Shown: one piece after another, positions 37,601 to 51,092 of the stretch
Layout: every line of letters begins with the position of its first letter
Numbering within the stretch: the first letter of the stretch is position 1
Source: Octopus bimaculoides
Lineage: Eukaryota
Assembly: GCF_001194135.2 (NCBI RefSeq)
Contig: NC_068983.1
Coordinates: 66,112,009-66,176,008 of the forward strand
Direction of reading: 5' to 3'
Length of the DNA stretch: 64,000 bases
The notes under the pieces: generated by a model
What the model was told of the DNA's origin: nothing
What the model saw: only the letters and a program-made list of their open reading frames with translations
Databases searched by the model: none
Program-made: the position numbers and the translations under genes

Positions 37601-37950
37601 GATCTATAGTATTAATTTCTTTTATTATATTGTTGTTTCTCTTCTTATCAGTTTTTGTTATGTTATTAGATACATGCTTATGTGAAGCATTTTAATCTAT
37701 TTGATTGAGGTACTTTTGTTCTATCTGACTGAATACAGATACATTTAAAAGATTTTTGATCTCTTGAATTTTTAATATAATTTTCTTTTTCTTATATTAA
37801 TTAGTCTTTTGGAGAATGCTTTTAAGTAAATTTCCTTAGTTAATATTTGTATGTTTTTGTTAATATATTTGTTGCTCCAACATACTGGGGTAATTGGTTA
37901 TAAGTGGTTTTAACTTTAAATGAACTTTGGTATTTATATTGCATAGTTTT
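34700..37950 (-). mobile_element. Decayed Penelope-like element (RT plus GIY-YIG), split by a mariner
   Basis: Minus strand: NFKNKPCIQLINTT..ISVLGKNILNRI (37500); FDVSMVT..SVEV and CGVYQD (37130-37030); IIYNPP (36640). Beyond the mariner: SCNY..NNKCLGKDFIDQCKV..KIYI and KSHYNKHTHTF (35170-35000). Confidence 0.75.
35207..36460 (+). mobile_element. Full-length mariner family B (1254 bp), inactive
   Basis: TA duplications at 35205-6 and 36461-2; TIRs tcaggtcattaaaaatgaaatg / tttcattcttaaggacctga; MDRSKI..., LMVSVWW, LLQDNA, HPPYSPDLA; stops and frameshifts. Confidence 0.93.
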
Positions 37951-38074
37951 TGTTTTGCTTTTTTCTTTTGCAACAAAAAACAACTTGAAGTCTGGAATAG
38001 AGAACTCATCACTTAGGTGAAGAGTATTTGAAGAGTATTAAGACATGCTGCCTCATGTCTGTGTAAACATTGCT

Positions 38075-38487
38075 GTGTGGTTAAGAAATTTGTCTCCCAT
38101 GTGTGCAATAGAACCACAGGGTTCTGTCACACACGCATATATATCTTTCATCTTTTACTTGTTTCAATCGTCATACCATAGGGCCATGCTGAGACACCCC
38201 TTTGAAGGGTTTTAGTCAAACAAATTGACCCCTGGAGCTTTAAGCTCCAGGGGTCAATTTGTATGTATGTATGTATGATTGTATGTCTGTGTATGTGTTT
38301 GTCCCCACCACACCTTGACAACCAATGATGAATTGTTTACTCCCCTGCAACTTAATGGTTCAGCAAAAGTGACCAATGGAATTGAGCACCATACTTAAAA
38401 ATAAGTACTAGGGTCGATTTGGTCAGCTAAACCCTTCAAAGCAGTGCATCATGGTCACAGTCTAATGACTGAAACAAGTAAAAAATA
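38075..38487 (+). mobile_element. Rearranged SINE family 1 pieces around a perfect palindrome
   Basis: Head (+), inverted tail (38145-38240), palindrome 38220-38262, 3' half (+). Confidence 0.7.
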
Positions 38488-38909
38488 TGTTGTTGGTGTG
38501 GAATATACTATTAAATGCATGTTGTATAAGATATTCTTCTGTTCTACTTCACAGTAATTTCATTATTTTCAAATGAAAATTGTATCTTCCACAGCAAAAC
38601 ATATTTGTAAGGAATTATAAACAGAATTACCAATTAGCTTTAAACATGTGTAGCTGATATTTTGTGCTAATGTAACCTAACATTAAAGAATGAATTATGT
38701 AGAATCAATAGAAAATTATTCATTTTCAGTTTTTTGTACAGAATTCTAAAATCATTTATCATTGGATTTGGTGTTAGGCAACGTGATAGGAACTGGAACA
38801 AACAAATAAAAAAGTAAAATAGCTAAATATTTCCTTGAGTAATTTTGGTAAACCTCTTTCTGGAGTAATTATCATTATTATTTTCTTTGTGTGTGAGTAG
38901 TATTAGTTA

Positions 38910-39260
38910 CTTTTAGTTAGTTATTAATACATTTCTTATCTTTCAGAACACATCTGCATATCAATGCTGTTTCTCTTAAGATAACAAAATTATAAAAGGT
39001 GGGGATGAACGTAAAACGTATTAAATAGAAAAGCAAAGTGAAATAATATAAAATTTTTCTGTGTTTAGTCATTTGATCAAGTCTCTGTTTTTTTAATCTT
39101 AGATTATAATTTTGCAACTTGTGGAAAAATATAAGAAAAATTTAAAATTTCTAAAACTATACAAATAAACCAGCAATTGAGTTAACTATGTTTTAACTAG
39201 AGTTATAGTAATATTGTTTACTTCTGAGATGAATTTTGTAAGGCTAAATATTGAATAGTT
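38910..39260 (-). mobile_element. Penelope-like GIY-YIG C-terminal fragment
   Basis: NYNLRLKKQRLDQMTKHRKILYY and ILRETALICRCVLKDK resemble Y...K.C.LC..EK..I and LNKR.EL...C.H motifs. Confidence 0.45.
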
Positions 39261-40504
39261 GATTAAAGCAAATCTAATTTTTAATTGATATTTATTTTAT
39301 TGTCTCATGAAAAATGAGGATCTGAAGAATTTGAAAAGCTTTGTTCTAGTATGTATTTAAAGAGCACCGCACAATGTATATTTTGCTTTTTCCTTTTCAT
39401 CAAGATATAGCAATAGTTAAATATATCTATATTCAACCCCAGGACAGTGTGATACCAATGTAGTTTCACTGAAGCACCAAGTTCAACTAACTGACCTTGG
39501 TTTACATGCACTAGTAGTACCTTAATCTTAACATTGTTGTTGAAATTGTACCAATAAGTGTGTGATTGGTGGAGAAAAAGGGGCTACACATGAATGAAGG
39601 AAAAGATTAATAGTCATAACTCTCATGCAAAAGTATTTAATCCTATTTGAAGGCCAGTTTAGTAACAGCCAACTGTGTCATTTAGGTTGCCAGTTGATAT
39701 AGTTACAGCATGCTGGGTTAATTTTGGACAAGATTACCAGTTAACACACTGAATTTTGCTAGCACATAGGCACAAGGCCACAAATTTGAGAGGAAGTGCA
39801 ATGTTGATTACAGCAACTCATTACATTTTTTACTTAGTTCATTCTGGAGGTAAGTGCTGGTCCAAATCCTTTTTAAGCCCTCTCGACTCAGTAAAATTGG
39901 TGCTGTTAGCATTCAGGTTTAACATTGTTTATCACACCTGCTTCTTCAAGTACATTCATAGTTTTGAAAGAAATAAAATTTTTTGGCACTGAAGAAGAAA
40001 GACAGTCTTCGAGATGCACTTTTCCCTTTGTCAAAAATGTACATTCACCAGTTGAAATCTTCAGTGATGGTGAGCTCTAGTATTTGAAATAATCACAAAT
40101 GCTCTTGTTGCAAACTGTTCATTTTAAGGTGAAGATGCAATAATACTTTCTCTATAGCATTGTGTCCTTTTTGCCCTTGAAGGCAACAAGATTATTATGA
40201 TGTAATTAGCAAATATTTTAACACTTCATAAAAATCAACATAGACTTTAGTAGAAAATGATTTGGATTTAGATGGATGCTTGGTGTGCAGAAGAGTGGTA
40301 GAATGAAAGAGGGCAGCAACAGAGCAGCAATTAGTCTTGTTGGAGTTGAAAGCAAGTAAGTTATAGCCTATACTTTCTGACTTACATGCTATTGACTAAA
40401 GTATGCTCCAAACCCTGGTGTATGCCAAAGCTAACATTGTGCTTCGCACAGAGCTTAATCAACACAAGTTGGTACAGTGCAATCTGATAGGAATTCACTA
40501 GTCC

Positions 40505-40855
40505 ATAAACAGGCAAATTAACCCCAAGACTGACATTTTTAAGCCTAGTAGTTATTGTATTGGTCTCTTTTGCCAAACCACTAAGTTACGGGAATGAAAA
40601 TACACCAACACCAGTTGTCAAGCAGTGATAGAGAGACAAACATAGACGTAAACACACAGACACATAGATATATGTATATATATATATATATTTATACGAT
40701 GGTCTTCTTTCAGTTTCTGTTTACCAAATCCACTTAAGATACTTTGGTCGGTGTAAGGCTTTAGTAGAAGACACCTACCCAAGGTACCATGCAGTGGGAC
40801 TGAACCCAGAACCATGTGGTTAAGAAGCAAGCTTCTTACTACACAGCCACACCTG
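40505..40855 (-). mobile_element. SINE family 1
   Basis: Reverse-complement homology to most of 62424-62844. Confidence 0.85.
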
Positions 40856-41242
40856 ATTGCTAAAGATTCAGTTTTTTCATTTGCAGTATCAATGTGGGGT
40901 TGAATGTATAAACCAAGAAAACTTGTAAACATTGAATCACCAAGAATGATGGCTATGGTGGAACATGAAGTGAAACAGATGGCCATAATGAAGGAAGAGA
41001 TATGGCCAATGAGCTTTTAGTGACCTTCATTAAGTATGAGTTGAACAGTCAATGACATATGCACTGCCCTCACAGTTTGACAGTGTTTCTGAAAAAAGCA
41101 CTAAATTCACAACAGTCTGGTTCACTCAGTAGTAAACATACTATATATATATAACTATAGTATACCATTGTATCTTGTTTATCTGAAAATAAACAGATAC
41201 CATATAGAATTACAGTGTACTGTTTTATCCAGTCAAACTCTA

Positions 41243-41371
41243 AACTAGAAAAGCACTCGGAGACCTCAGGCCTCTGCCAAGCAGCTCATTTCTACCCATA
41301 TACACGCATGCTGAAAATCGTCCAATTTCCCAAACCAACGCCGGCAAAAACATAACCTCCTTGGTGTGGGT
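41243..41371 (+). mobile_element. Short Helentron-type (HINE/DINE-1-like) non-autonomous element
   Basis: 5' aactagaaaagcactc...cctctgccaagcagctcattt and 3' aacataacctccttggtgtgggtaa shared with 42333-42938. Confidence 0.5.
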
Positions 41372-41929
41372 AAAAAAAAAATAACACAGCCATATGATTT
41401 TGAGAAAAAAACCCTTTAAAAACAAGTATCATCTGAAGCAGTTATAATACATCAATGACAACAGCCATACTTATCTAAACCATCGTCATCATCAACACTG
41501 TCTCTGCTTTCACCACAATCACCATCAAAGCTACATTCACTACAATTACTGTAAAAACTACGAACACCACAATCAGTTTCTTTACACATTTGAAAATCCA
41601 CTTTCCAATACTCATGGGACCGAGATTGTTGCAGATTTTTGATTTTTCTAATTTCGGAGTGCTTTATTAAAAAAAAAATTGCATCTACAAAACGGAACAG
41701 TTTGAGGATAGAAACCAGGTCTAAACACAACAGCTTATAGACATACTCTGTATGTAGTTCTATATAAATCTGTAATAATTTTTCTATACTTAAGACCATC
41801 AGAAATGTCTACCCAAATTGTCATACTTTGATTAAAAGATTACAACATAGATTAGATTACTTAGATAAGTTTCAGCTGAAGTTGACTCAGGTCATGTCTA
41901 ATTTAATAGCACCACCTGGAAGAGATACA

Positions 41930-42330
41930 CAGTCAGTTCTGTGGAACCGTAGCCCACTCAAGCAGAGGGTCATTGTTTTCAGAGACATCTGGGTGTGGGT
42001 GGTTTATCTGGTATTTGTTGGTGGTAATCATCTAGGGATCGTTTGAATGCTGTGAAGTCACTTTCCTCCATTATGTGTGTCTGGCACGATGTTGAAGAGA
42101 GCAGGGCCAATTGAGGTGAAATAGTTCTGTCATGGTGTTGTGATATGACATGAACATTTCTGTAGTGGACGGATGGCACAGGGGCCAAGCCTTGGACGAA
42201 TTTTAAAGATGGGCAATGTTGATGGAATATTTTCCACATCATACAGATGATACAGAGCTCACAGCAGCCATGGCAGGAGCAAAACCTGACCTTTTTGAGT
42301 CGATCCCAATAGTCAAGGCTTGTCATGTCA
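41930..42330 (-). mobile_element. CR1-clade LINE 3' coding remnant
   Basis: LDYWDRLKK...MWKIF...FKRSLDDYHQQIPDKP matches the CR1 C-terminal motif. Confidence 0.75.
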
Positions 42331-42332
42331 TC

Positions 42333-42938
42333 CTCCGCAGACCTCCACCAAGCAGCTCATTTTAAGATAGATACGCGAGTAAAATTACTATTAAATAAAA
42401 ATAAATGCGCCCTTTTAAAGCCTAGCCAGGCTAATGGGCCTGGTTTCCTGATTTCAATGGCGGATGTGTTCTCCAGCTGGATGGGACGCCAGTCCATCGC
42501 AGTGTTACTCATTTTTGCCAGCTGAGTGGACTGGAGCAACGTGAAATGAAGTGTTTTGCTCAATAACACAATGCGTCACCCAGTCCAGGAATCAAAACTA
42601 CAATCTTACAATCACGATGCTGAGAGAAACAAAAATAAACTTTGGAAACAGCAATTCCACCAGAGGCGGAAACGATGAACGTGTTTTCAAGGGAGATAAT
42701 CAAAGAAAGTAACATTGTAATGTTTCATGTAAAGTAAATATAACAAATGAAAAATCCTTCAAGAATCCATGAAAATTCCCAGATCTCTACCAAAATTTCA
42801 TTATCTGTTCCTTGTGTCATTACCAACTTTTTCTGCAAGTTTAATCAAATACCATTCACAACATTTTGAGTTATTTTGCACACAGACGGACAAGCCAACG
42901 CCATTGAAAACATAACCTCCTTCTTTGGTGGAGGTAAC
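42333..42938 (+). mobile_element. Helentron-type non-autonomous element containing SINE 3
   Basis: Subterminal inverted repeat acctccaccaa (42341-42351) / ttggtggaggt (42925-42935); 3' hairpin acctcc...ggaggt. Confidence 0.55.
42389..42625 (-). mobile_element. SINE family 3 (tRNA-like head, (TTTA)-like tail)
   Basis: Minus strand: B-box-like ttttgattcc, central ctgcgatggactggcgtcccatccag block (V-SINE-like from memory), catttatttttatttaat tail. Confidence 0.65.
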
Positions 42939-44592
42939 AAATGTTATATAGAACTACACAGTTCAATACTACATCTAGCCAATACAGCAGATATCATATG
43001 GAACTACAATTCAGCAGTATATCCAGATAATCTTACCATCTGCATGTGTATAAAGCTTATGTGTGAATGTGTGTACATGCATGTGTGTGTACGTGTACAT
43101 ATATGTCATCCCTCCCCGAGCAACCTTATTACCAAAGGTTTTCTAGCCATAACCACATTATTCAATGTTCCCTTCTTCATTGACAGCAGTAGGGTTTGCT
43201 CTTAGGGAGATTTGGCTACTATTACTAGCAAATTGAATGGTTACACAGGGGTTGACCGTTATTAGTTCATGTGTATATATGATTGTTTATATGTGTGAAT
43301 TTTCTTATAAATGAATTTTTAAAACTATAGAATACAAGACAGCATTTAATACCATCTTTCTGTGTCCTGAGATCAGATTTAGTCAGGTGACAGAGGCGAA
43401 AAACAAATTCCAGGATTGTTCAAATAAATATTAATGGGATACTGAAGTCAAATTAATAAACAGTACCTACCTCTCATCTGCTGTAAATGTGTGATTTTGT
43501 AGGAATGTTACAAATCATATGTGTTTATGTTTCTGTGTGTGTGTATATGTGTTTTATGTGGTATTTGAAGTATTATGAGAATGCAATGCAATATTAACTG
43601 CAGCATAGAGTATGTTAGTTTTTTTTACATAATTAATCAAATTACTGTTGACATTAAATCATTGTTTATAAATAATGTGTGTACAAGACATACTATTATT
43701 TTTGGTTGAGGAGAAAAACACTTCACTATTCATGAACTCCTTCAGTGCTATGCATCACAAGATGTACAATTTAAGATAGTTGTTGAAACAACATATTAAT
43801 CATTTTCTAATGACATTAGATCATTAATTTATTCTGAACTCCTAATTATCTCACTATGTGTCTTTTATTATTTATTGTAATGAACTCAATTTCATTGCTA
43901 ATTACATTTTATTAGGAGAAAGTTGTGACCATTTTTCTCTCTTTCTTTGACCCTCTTCTTCTCTCTTTCTGGCATCTTTTCTCCAACCACTTTTCTCCTG
44001 GATCAGTTCCTGGAATAGTTATATAAAAAATACAAATATTTTCCTTGAAGTACTTCCAAGACAACTTAAGAATGAATAATCATCATTATTGTTTCTATAA
44101 TTTGGTGGAATTGTTAAAGCATCACACAAAAATATCTTGCAGCTTTTTACATTTTAAGTTCAAATCCTCCTAAGATCAGTTAGCAACCACTTGTCATAAG
44201 CTGCTCATCATATGCCCCTAATTGAATTCAGGTCTTAATCAGAATTTCTTATGCATAAAAACTAATGGTATATGAACTATATTGTATATGCCAGGTTTGC
44301 ACCAACAAGGACTTAAACTGTTGAATGAAATGCATTGTTAGATTTATCAAGTGATGAACTGTTACATACATAGTTGCACTGATGAGAAAATGAACTATGA
44401 TATAGACCACATGGTTCCTTTGATCTGTAGAAAAACTCTCTGGAGGTTGCTTATTAGGCTAACCATAATTAAAATTTAGCACATATTGCAAGATGAAAGG
44501 AGCAAGAAATATATATCAAGATGTTTCAGGGTGTATAGACTAGAATATAAACTATGCCATTGCACAGGATATGACAGATAGAGAGATAAACG

Positions 44593-45888
44593 ATGAGGGG
44601 TACCCAAAAGTAACCAGAAACGTTCTCTGTGGAGCAAACCAGTAGTAGTTCAGACTTCCACTGCTACAAGTCACTTGATGCAACCCTCAGCCACCAGTAT
44701 GCCAACCAGTGGACCAGTTGCATCGAGTGAAGTCATACAGCCACGTGGTGTATCATTGCTTTGCAGAGCTTCTCCCCTGTTTGTCAATTTTTGTGATGGC
44801 TGAAACAAAGGAACAGCATGCTTCCATGAAACAGTTGTCATGCTTCAAAAGGCTTACAAGGACACTGTCATGAGCAAAACAAGTTGACAAGTGGTTTCCA
44901 TGCTTTAGAAACGGTCACTTGTTGCTTGAAGACCGATCTTGTTCAGGGTGTCCATCGACCTCCCAAATGAATGAAAACATCACAAAAATTCATGAACTGT
45001 TCTTGGAGGACCATCACCAAACAATTGACGAACTTGTTGATATGACGTGTGTGTCCTGGAGCTCCTGCCAACGAATTTTGAGTGAGCCAATGTGAATGAA
45101 AAGAGCTGCAGCAAAATGTGTGCCTCATTTGCTCACAGAAAATCAAAAGCAGTCATGACAGAATGTGTTGTGAACTAAAAAAAAAACAGTTGGAGATTGA
45201 ACCAGACCGTTTTCCAAAGATCATGACTGGTGATGAAAGTTGGTGCTATGGCTACGACCTGGAAACAAAGCAGCAATCAAGTCAATGGAAATATTCAATA
45301 TTACCATGCCCCAAAAAAGTATGTCAAGTGAAGTGCAAAGTCAAGACAATGCTGATTTGTTTCATCAATACAAAAGAAATTGTCCACACAGAATTTGTTC
45401 CTCCTGCTCAAACTGTCAACCAGACATTTTATTTGGAAGTTCTGAAGTGTTTGCAAAACATGTTGAGACAAAAACGCCCTGACCAGTGGCAAAGTGGAGA
45501 GTGGTGGTTTCATCACAACAATGCACCTATGCACACCTCCTTGAGTGTGAGACAGATTTTGACCAAAAAATGGAATAAACCTGCTTACCTACCCTCCCTA
45601 TTCACCTGATCTTGCTCCCTGTGACCTTTTTTGGTTCCTCTGAATGAAAAAAGTCCTTAAAGGGAAACGTTTTGCAGATGTGGAAGAAGTGAAGAAAAAA
45701 AACGATAGAGGCTTTAAAAGGCATCACTTTGCAAGAGTTCCAAGACTGTTTCAAACGGTGGAAAATATGTCTGGACCAATGCATTGCTTCAAATGGAAAA
45801 TACTTTGAAAGCAATAAAAGTGTAAACATGTAAAAGTGAGTGAATAAAATAATAATGCAAAATTCCGGTTTCTTTTGGGCACATTCTT
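44593..45888 (+). mobile_element. Near full-length mariner family C (irritans-like), inactive
   Basis: Imperfect TIRs gtacccaaaagtaaccagaa / ttccggtttcttttgggcac; IMTGDESWCYGYDLETKQQSSQW, FHHNNAP, PPYSPDLAPCD; frameshifts. Confidence 0.9.
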
Positions 45889-45984
45889 TTAATACATTAC
45901 AACAAAGAATGAATACATTTCATACATGAAAACATATTTAGTTTTACTGCATTAGGATTTGTATTTTTAGATTCATATTTAACA

Positions 45985-46700
45985 AGAGACATGTGATGAG
46001 CAACTGGTATCATGAAATGGTTAACTTAATGATGATTTTTTGACTTTTAATATGAGTCACATCAGATCTGTTGTAGCAAATGTCTTGAGTCACCTTGTCA
46101 GAGTTTTAAATGACTAAAAGGATTCTTCACAGAAGTCTTGTGTTAATGTAGATTCAATTGTGAATGTCAGATTGCCAAATGAATAAGATATTAATTTATC
46201 AGTCATGTGATTGAATCCACTGCTAGATTTCTTTTCATTATCAAAGCAGAATTCTGTACTCCGTATTGCTTCAATTCAATGTTTGGGAATTGTATCAAAT
46301 TCCCTGAGAATGCATATTTCTAAAGGATTATCTATCAATGATTTTCTTTAAGCCATTGGATAATTAAGTCTTTCGCTCACATTTGTTTTTATATTTTTAA
46401 AATTCAGTATGAAAGTGGGGTGGCTGATTTCATTTTCAGTTACTGGTACTATGATAAATCTAAGCCCCAAATATTTAACATCTGTCTACATAACTGTAAA
46501 TAAACTCCGCTGTAAAATTATTACACAGTAATGTAAAACTGTCTAATAAGTCTTTTGTTAGTAATGCTAAATTCATTTTTACCCATAGATGAGTTAACTG
46601 AAATATATTTGTCTGTCATTGGCTAGGTGCCAAGGAAAATGGCAATTATCATTAGTTTAATGACTTTTGTGGCAGGAAATAATACAGCACAATAAAATGA
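45985..46700 (+). pseudogene. Possible decayed coding relic with HEAT-repeat-like helices
   Basis: One frame reads SHIRSVVANVLSHLVRVLND and NSVLRIASIQCLGIVSNSLR between scattered stops; similarity judged by eye only. Confidence 0.22.
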
Positions 46701-48054
46701 AGCGCGATAACTTTGAAGTATAATATTTCATTCAATATGCCTTGTTTCAGATTAAAGATTAGTTGTTGAAGATGTAATTTTTTAAGGGCTTTCATAAAGG
46801 AAGAAAAGCAACACCCATTGATTATTTCTCAGGAGCTTTATAACTGATGAGAGGAAGGGAAAAAGTTAGTGCCTGATCCCAGCAACAGAGTAGACTCTCC
46901 TAAAGGCAGCCAAATACAAAGTGCTGGTGTTGAACTGAGAAACAGATAATGTCTGTTAGAGATTAGCAGTCAAAAATGAAATGCTGGTAAGTAAAAGCAC
47001 ATTATTTGGGATTGGATATTATGATTAAGGATAGAAGGGAAATTTGCAAGCAGTAAGTAAATATGAGAAAAAACAGGAAAAATATTTAGCATGATGTTAG
47101 TAAGCAACCATGAAGAATTATAGAGAGAGAAGACATGTAAAATGGAGATACCAGTTAGTTGAGTGAGTTTAGATAAAGGTAGCATAGTCAGCATTTCTGG
47201 GAAAATATTTTATTATATTAGACAATGACAACACTCATTTGAACACTAGATAAGGTAGTTTAAATGTTGGATGACATGAGTGAAAAAATACTTTTCAAGT
47301 GGACAGCCATTCCTTCTGTCCAGACATGATAGGCAAAGTGTAGATGTATAGAATGTACACAAGTTTGGGGTCTGTAAAATATTTGTAAAGTATTAGAATG
47401 TAAGCACCAGAAAGTGGTTGTAAGCTCCCAATTTGCTGAAACAGTAATGTAGGTAAAATTCTTGATCTGAGCTTTTTTAGTTCCTCAATTTCTACTTAAA
47501 GTAAACAACCTAGAAGGCATTGGACTGGTTTTCTTTCATATCGTATATAATTATGAAGCCTTCAGCGATTACCCAATGACATATAAAATATATGAAGAAA
47601 CCTAAGCATTGTGAATATAAAGTGGAATTGTTATGAGCAGTTAATTTTAGGTTAGATGCATTACTGTAATTGCCCTGACTGGCCAAATTAAACCAGGAGC
47701 CATATCTACCACAGAGTTCTGTAATTAGAAGAAGAAAGGATCAGGCATTTCAACTATGAAATCAATTATTTTAACAATTCATCTGTAAATATTCATATTC
47801 CCTTCCCCATCTTATGTAAACTAAAAGAAAAAAATTCAAAATTGAAAACTGTGTGTTTCAACCAATGTTAATACAAATAAAAGGATGTTAAAATCATTAT
47901 AAGAAAACGATATGAAATATATTTGAAAACATTTTGAAATACTTATAAAAAGCTTTAGACGAAAGAAAAACAATTTTGCTGAATATAGAATTAAATGTTT
48001 TCGTGAATAATCAAATATTTTGTTTCTTTTACAATCATACATAATATGTATAAG

Positions 48055-48148
48055 TGATGTACGTATGTATGTATGTGTGTATGTATGTATGTATGTATGT
48101 ATGTATGCATGCATGTATGTATGTATGTGTGTGTATGTATGTATGTAA

Positions 48149-48179
<31 letters not shown>

Positions 48180-48410
48180 TGTATGCATTCATGTATGTAT
48201 GTATGCATTCATGTATGTATGCATATATGTATGTGTCTGTGTGTATACATATATATACATATTTTTTTATATATATGTACATACATTTGGGTGTGTATGT
48301 ATAGTGTGCGTATGTGTGCTTGTTTGTGCATATGTGTGTGTGAGTGTGCATGTGTGTGTGTGTGTGTGTGCGTGTGCGTGTGTGTGCATGTGTGCATGCG
48401 TGAAGTTCTG
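48055..48410. repeat. (TATG)n / (GT)n compound microsatellite
   Basis: Visible arrays. Confidence 0.9.
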
Positions 48411-48569
48411 TTTCCTTGAATGATCTGTGAGAAAAGTTATTCACTCCAGTAGCAATTCTAATTTGAAAGTCATTCTATCATCAAATGAAAAAAAATAAAA
48501 CAAATTGCAGCTTATATGATGATGATGACAAGGATGATGATGATAGCAACAATAAAAACAGCAGAAATG

Positions 48570-48585
48570 CTAATAATAATAATAA

Positions 48586-48645
<60 letters not shown>

Positions 48646-48670
48646 TAACAATAATAATAATAATAATCAT
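48570..48670. repeat. (AAT)n microsatellite
   Basis: Visible array. Confidence 0.95.
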
Positions 48671-49307
48671 AGAGACCATGTAATTCAGAAACCATCTATT
48701 TGCAATGTTATATTTGCTGTTGATTAAGCACAGTAAAATAAAACATCTGCTCCAACAAACAAGACGTACTATGTTTTAAAAATTACTGCGAGATTTGCTT
48801 AATTTAGTTTGTCTTTTGCTCCTGTTCATTCCTTATCAGTCTTACAGCATGTATTATGTTCATATCAGTACATTAGCAGCTTTGACAAGCCTGTCGCTTC
48901 CAATAACATAGATGTTCCGCCGTATAGTGAGATGCTCAGTAACAACTGCTCAGTTCTTTAAATCAATTAGTCAAGAGTTGTTTCAGTCATGTGAATTATT
49001 GAATTATTTTTCTTCCCTTGTACTTATTCTCTGTTCCACTATGTTGGTAGCATTTTCCCTCTGTTCTTATCTCAGTCAAAAGTTACATTTCTGTAAAGGA
49101 AAGAAAGAAGGAAGACAGAAACATTGGTGCAAGAATAAGACACATCATGCAAAACGATTGTATAAAATAATAATTAGGTGATTGATTTACAGACGCAAAT
49201 AACAATGATATTAAGATAGAAAAGAATGATAAGGAGGAAAAGATGGACGCAGAATGAGAAAGCGCATGAAATATATACATACATACATACATATACATAT
49301 GTGTGCA

Positions 49308-49341
<34 letters not shown>

Positions 49342-49357
49342 TGTCTGTATGTATATG

Positions 49358-49390
<33 letters not shown>

Positions 49391-51092
49391 TTGTAGGTAT
49401 GTATTGTTCCATTCTATATCAACCACCACCATTTTATCATTCTTTTCTACTTTTCTCTGTCTCTCTCTTCTTCCTTTTCTCTGACACACTCATTGTTTTC
49501 TCAAAAGTGTATTCTTTGAAAATAGCTGATCTATGTTCTTGCAATCTCTTCTGGATAGATACAGCCAAATAAAAGATAACTGTCAAAGGGGCAAAGACTT
49601 CAAAGAATAGGGTTAAGATCACAATGAGCTTTTAACTTATGTATGACCATAACATATCAGAAATTAAAGCCACAAAAAAGAAAATTCTTCTTCTTCACCA
49701 TATATAAACTTTTGGATGGAAAAATTAGTAGAATGGTGGTCAGAAAAATGTCTTACTAAATTTAGTTACAGTTACATCCCTTTACATTCTGTATTCAAAT
49801 CGCATCGATATCTAGTACATATTCCATTCTTTGAGAGTTGATAAAGTGCCAGTCATTTACCGAAGTCAACTAACTATTTCCGTTTCTAAAAATATCAGGC
49901 CATATGCTTATGTTAAGGATTTTGCGCTTTACATCTTGTGTTCCAACAGCACTGAGGACAACGTTGCATTTCATTCTATAAGGGTCTTTGAAATAAAGTC
50001 AAGCATTAGAGTCATAATTTTTAACAAGCTCTTTGTCCTCAAGCTGCTACTGGCTTTGTGCCTACATTATTAATAGTTATTTACTATCATGATTATAAAG
50101 AAAAGGGTAGTATACTACCAGAATTGTTAGAGCATTGGAAAAATAGCTGACTCTTTACTTCTGGGTTCAAACTATGCCAAGGTCAACTTACTCTTATATG
50201 TCTCTGGAGGTGATAAAGTAAAGTATCAAACAAGTACTGAGGTTGATATAATTAACTAATCACCTCCCCACAAAATCGTTGGTTTTGTACCTAAATTTAA
50301 AACAGTTGTTATTTATAACAAAAGTGAAATAAAAGAAATCATTCTAACAGTGTTAGATGCTAGGAATTATTATCACCATGAGCATTAGATCGTAAAATCT
50401 GTGGAGTAAACATTAACATCATAAGTCTTAATGCCCATGGAAGAACTGAAGATAAAAAACTTTAGAAGTAAACAAAAAGTGAGACCTGAAAAGACCTTTT
50501 CTTTCTCTCTTGGAAGTAGAAGCAATGAAAGCTAAACATGAATGGCTCCATTATTATGTGCCTGTTCACACCAATTAAAACTAATAATTCTTATCCCAAA
50601 AAGATTACTGATAAGCAGAGAATGGTCAACATTTCATTATTTATAATTTGGAGAACCTTTAGGTGTTGTTTCGACAAAGGTATAGTGGAAATTTTCATAA
50701 AGTGATTCAGAAAAAAGTTGGAAATAAAGTTGGTGATTATAATTTGTAAGTAGTCATATTATAAGTTTAGCTATTAGACACTTATTTTGTCAGTCTCAGC
50801 ACAGAAAGTACTTAGTGACCAAGTGATCATTTTCTGAGAATATGCTTAATAATTAACAAAGATGAGTACTTAAAAAGGAAATTAAGAGAGATGCTGTGAT
50901 CTCAGTAAAAGAAAGAAAGGAAGGAGGGAAAGCTGACAAACTAAAATTTTTTAAATTAAAAATATCAAATTCAATTGATGTAGCCTCGATTTGATCATAT
51001 CATTTTCCCTCCAGTATCAAGGCTGAATATGCATGACACCAGCCCTGATGGAAACCCAATAAAAGTGGATAAGAGGTATTTGGCTAAAGCAC

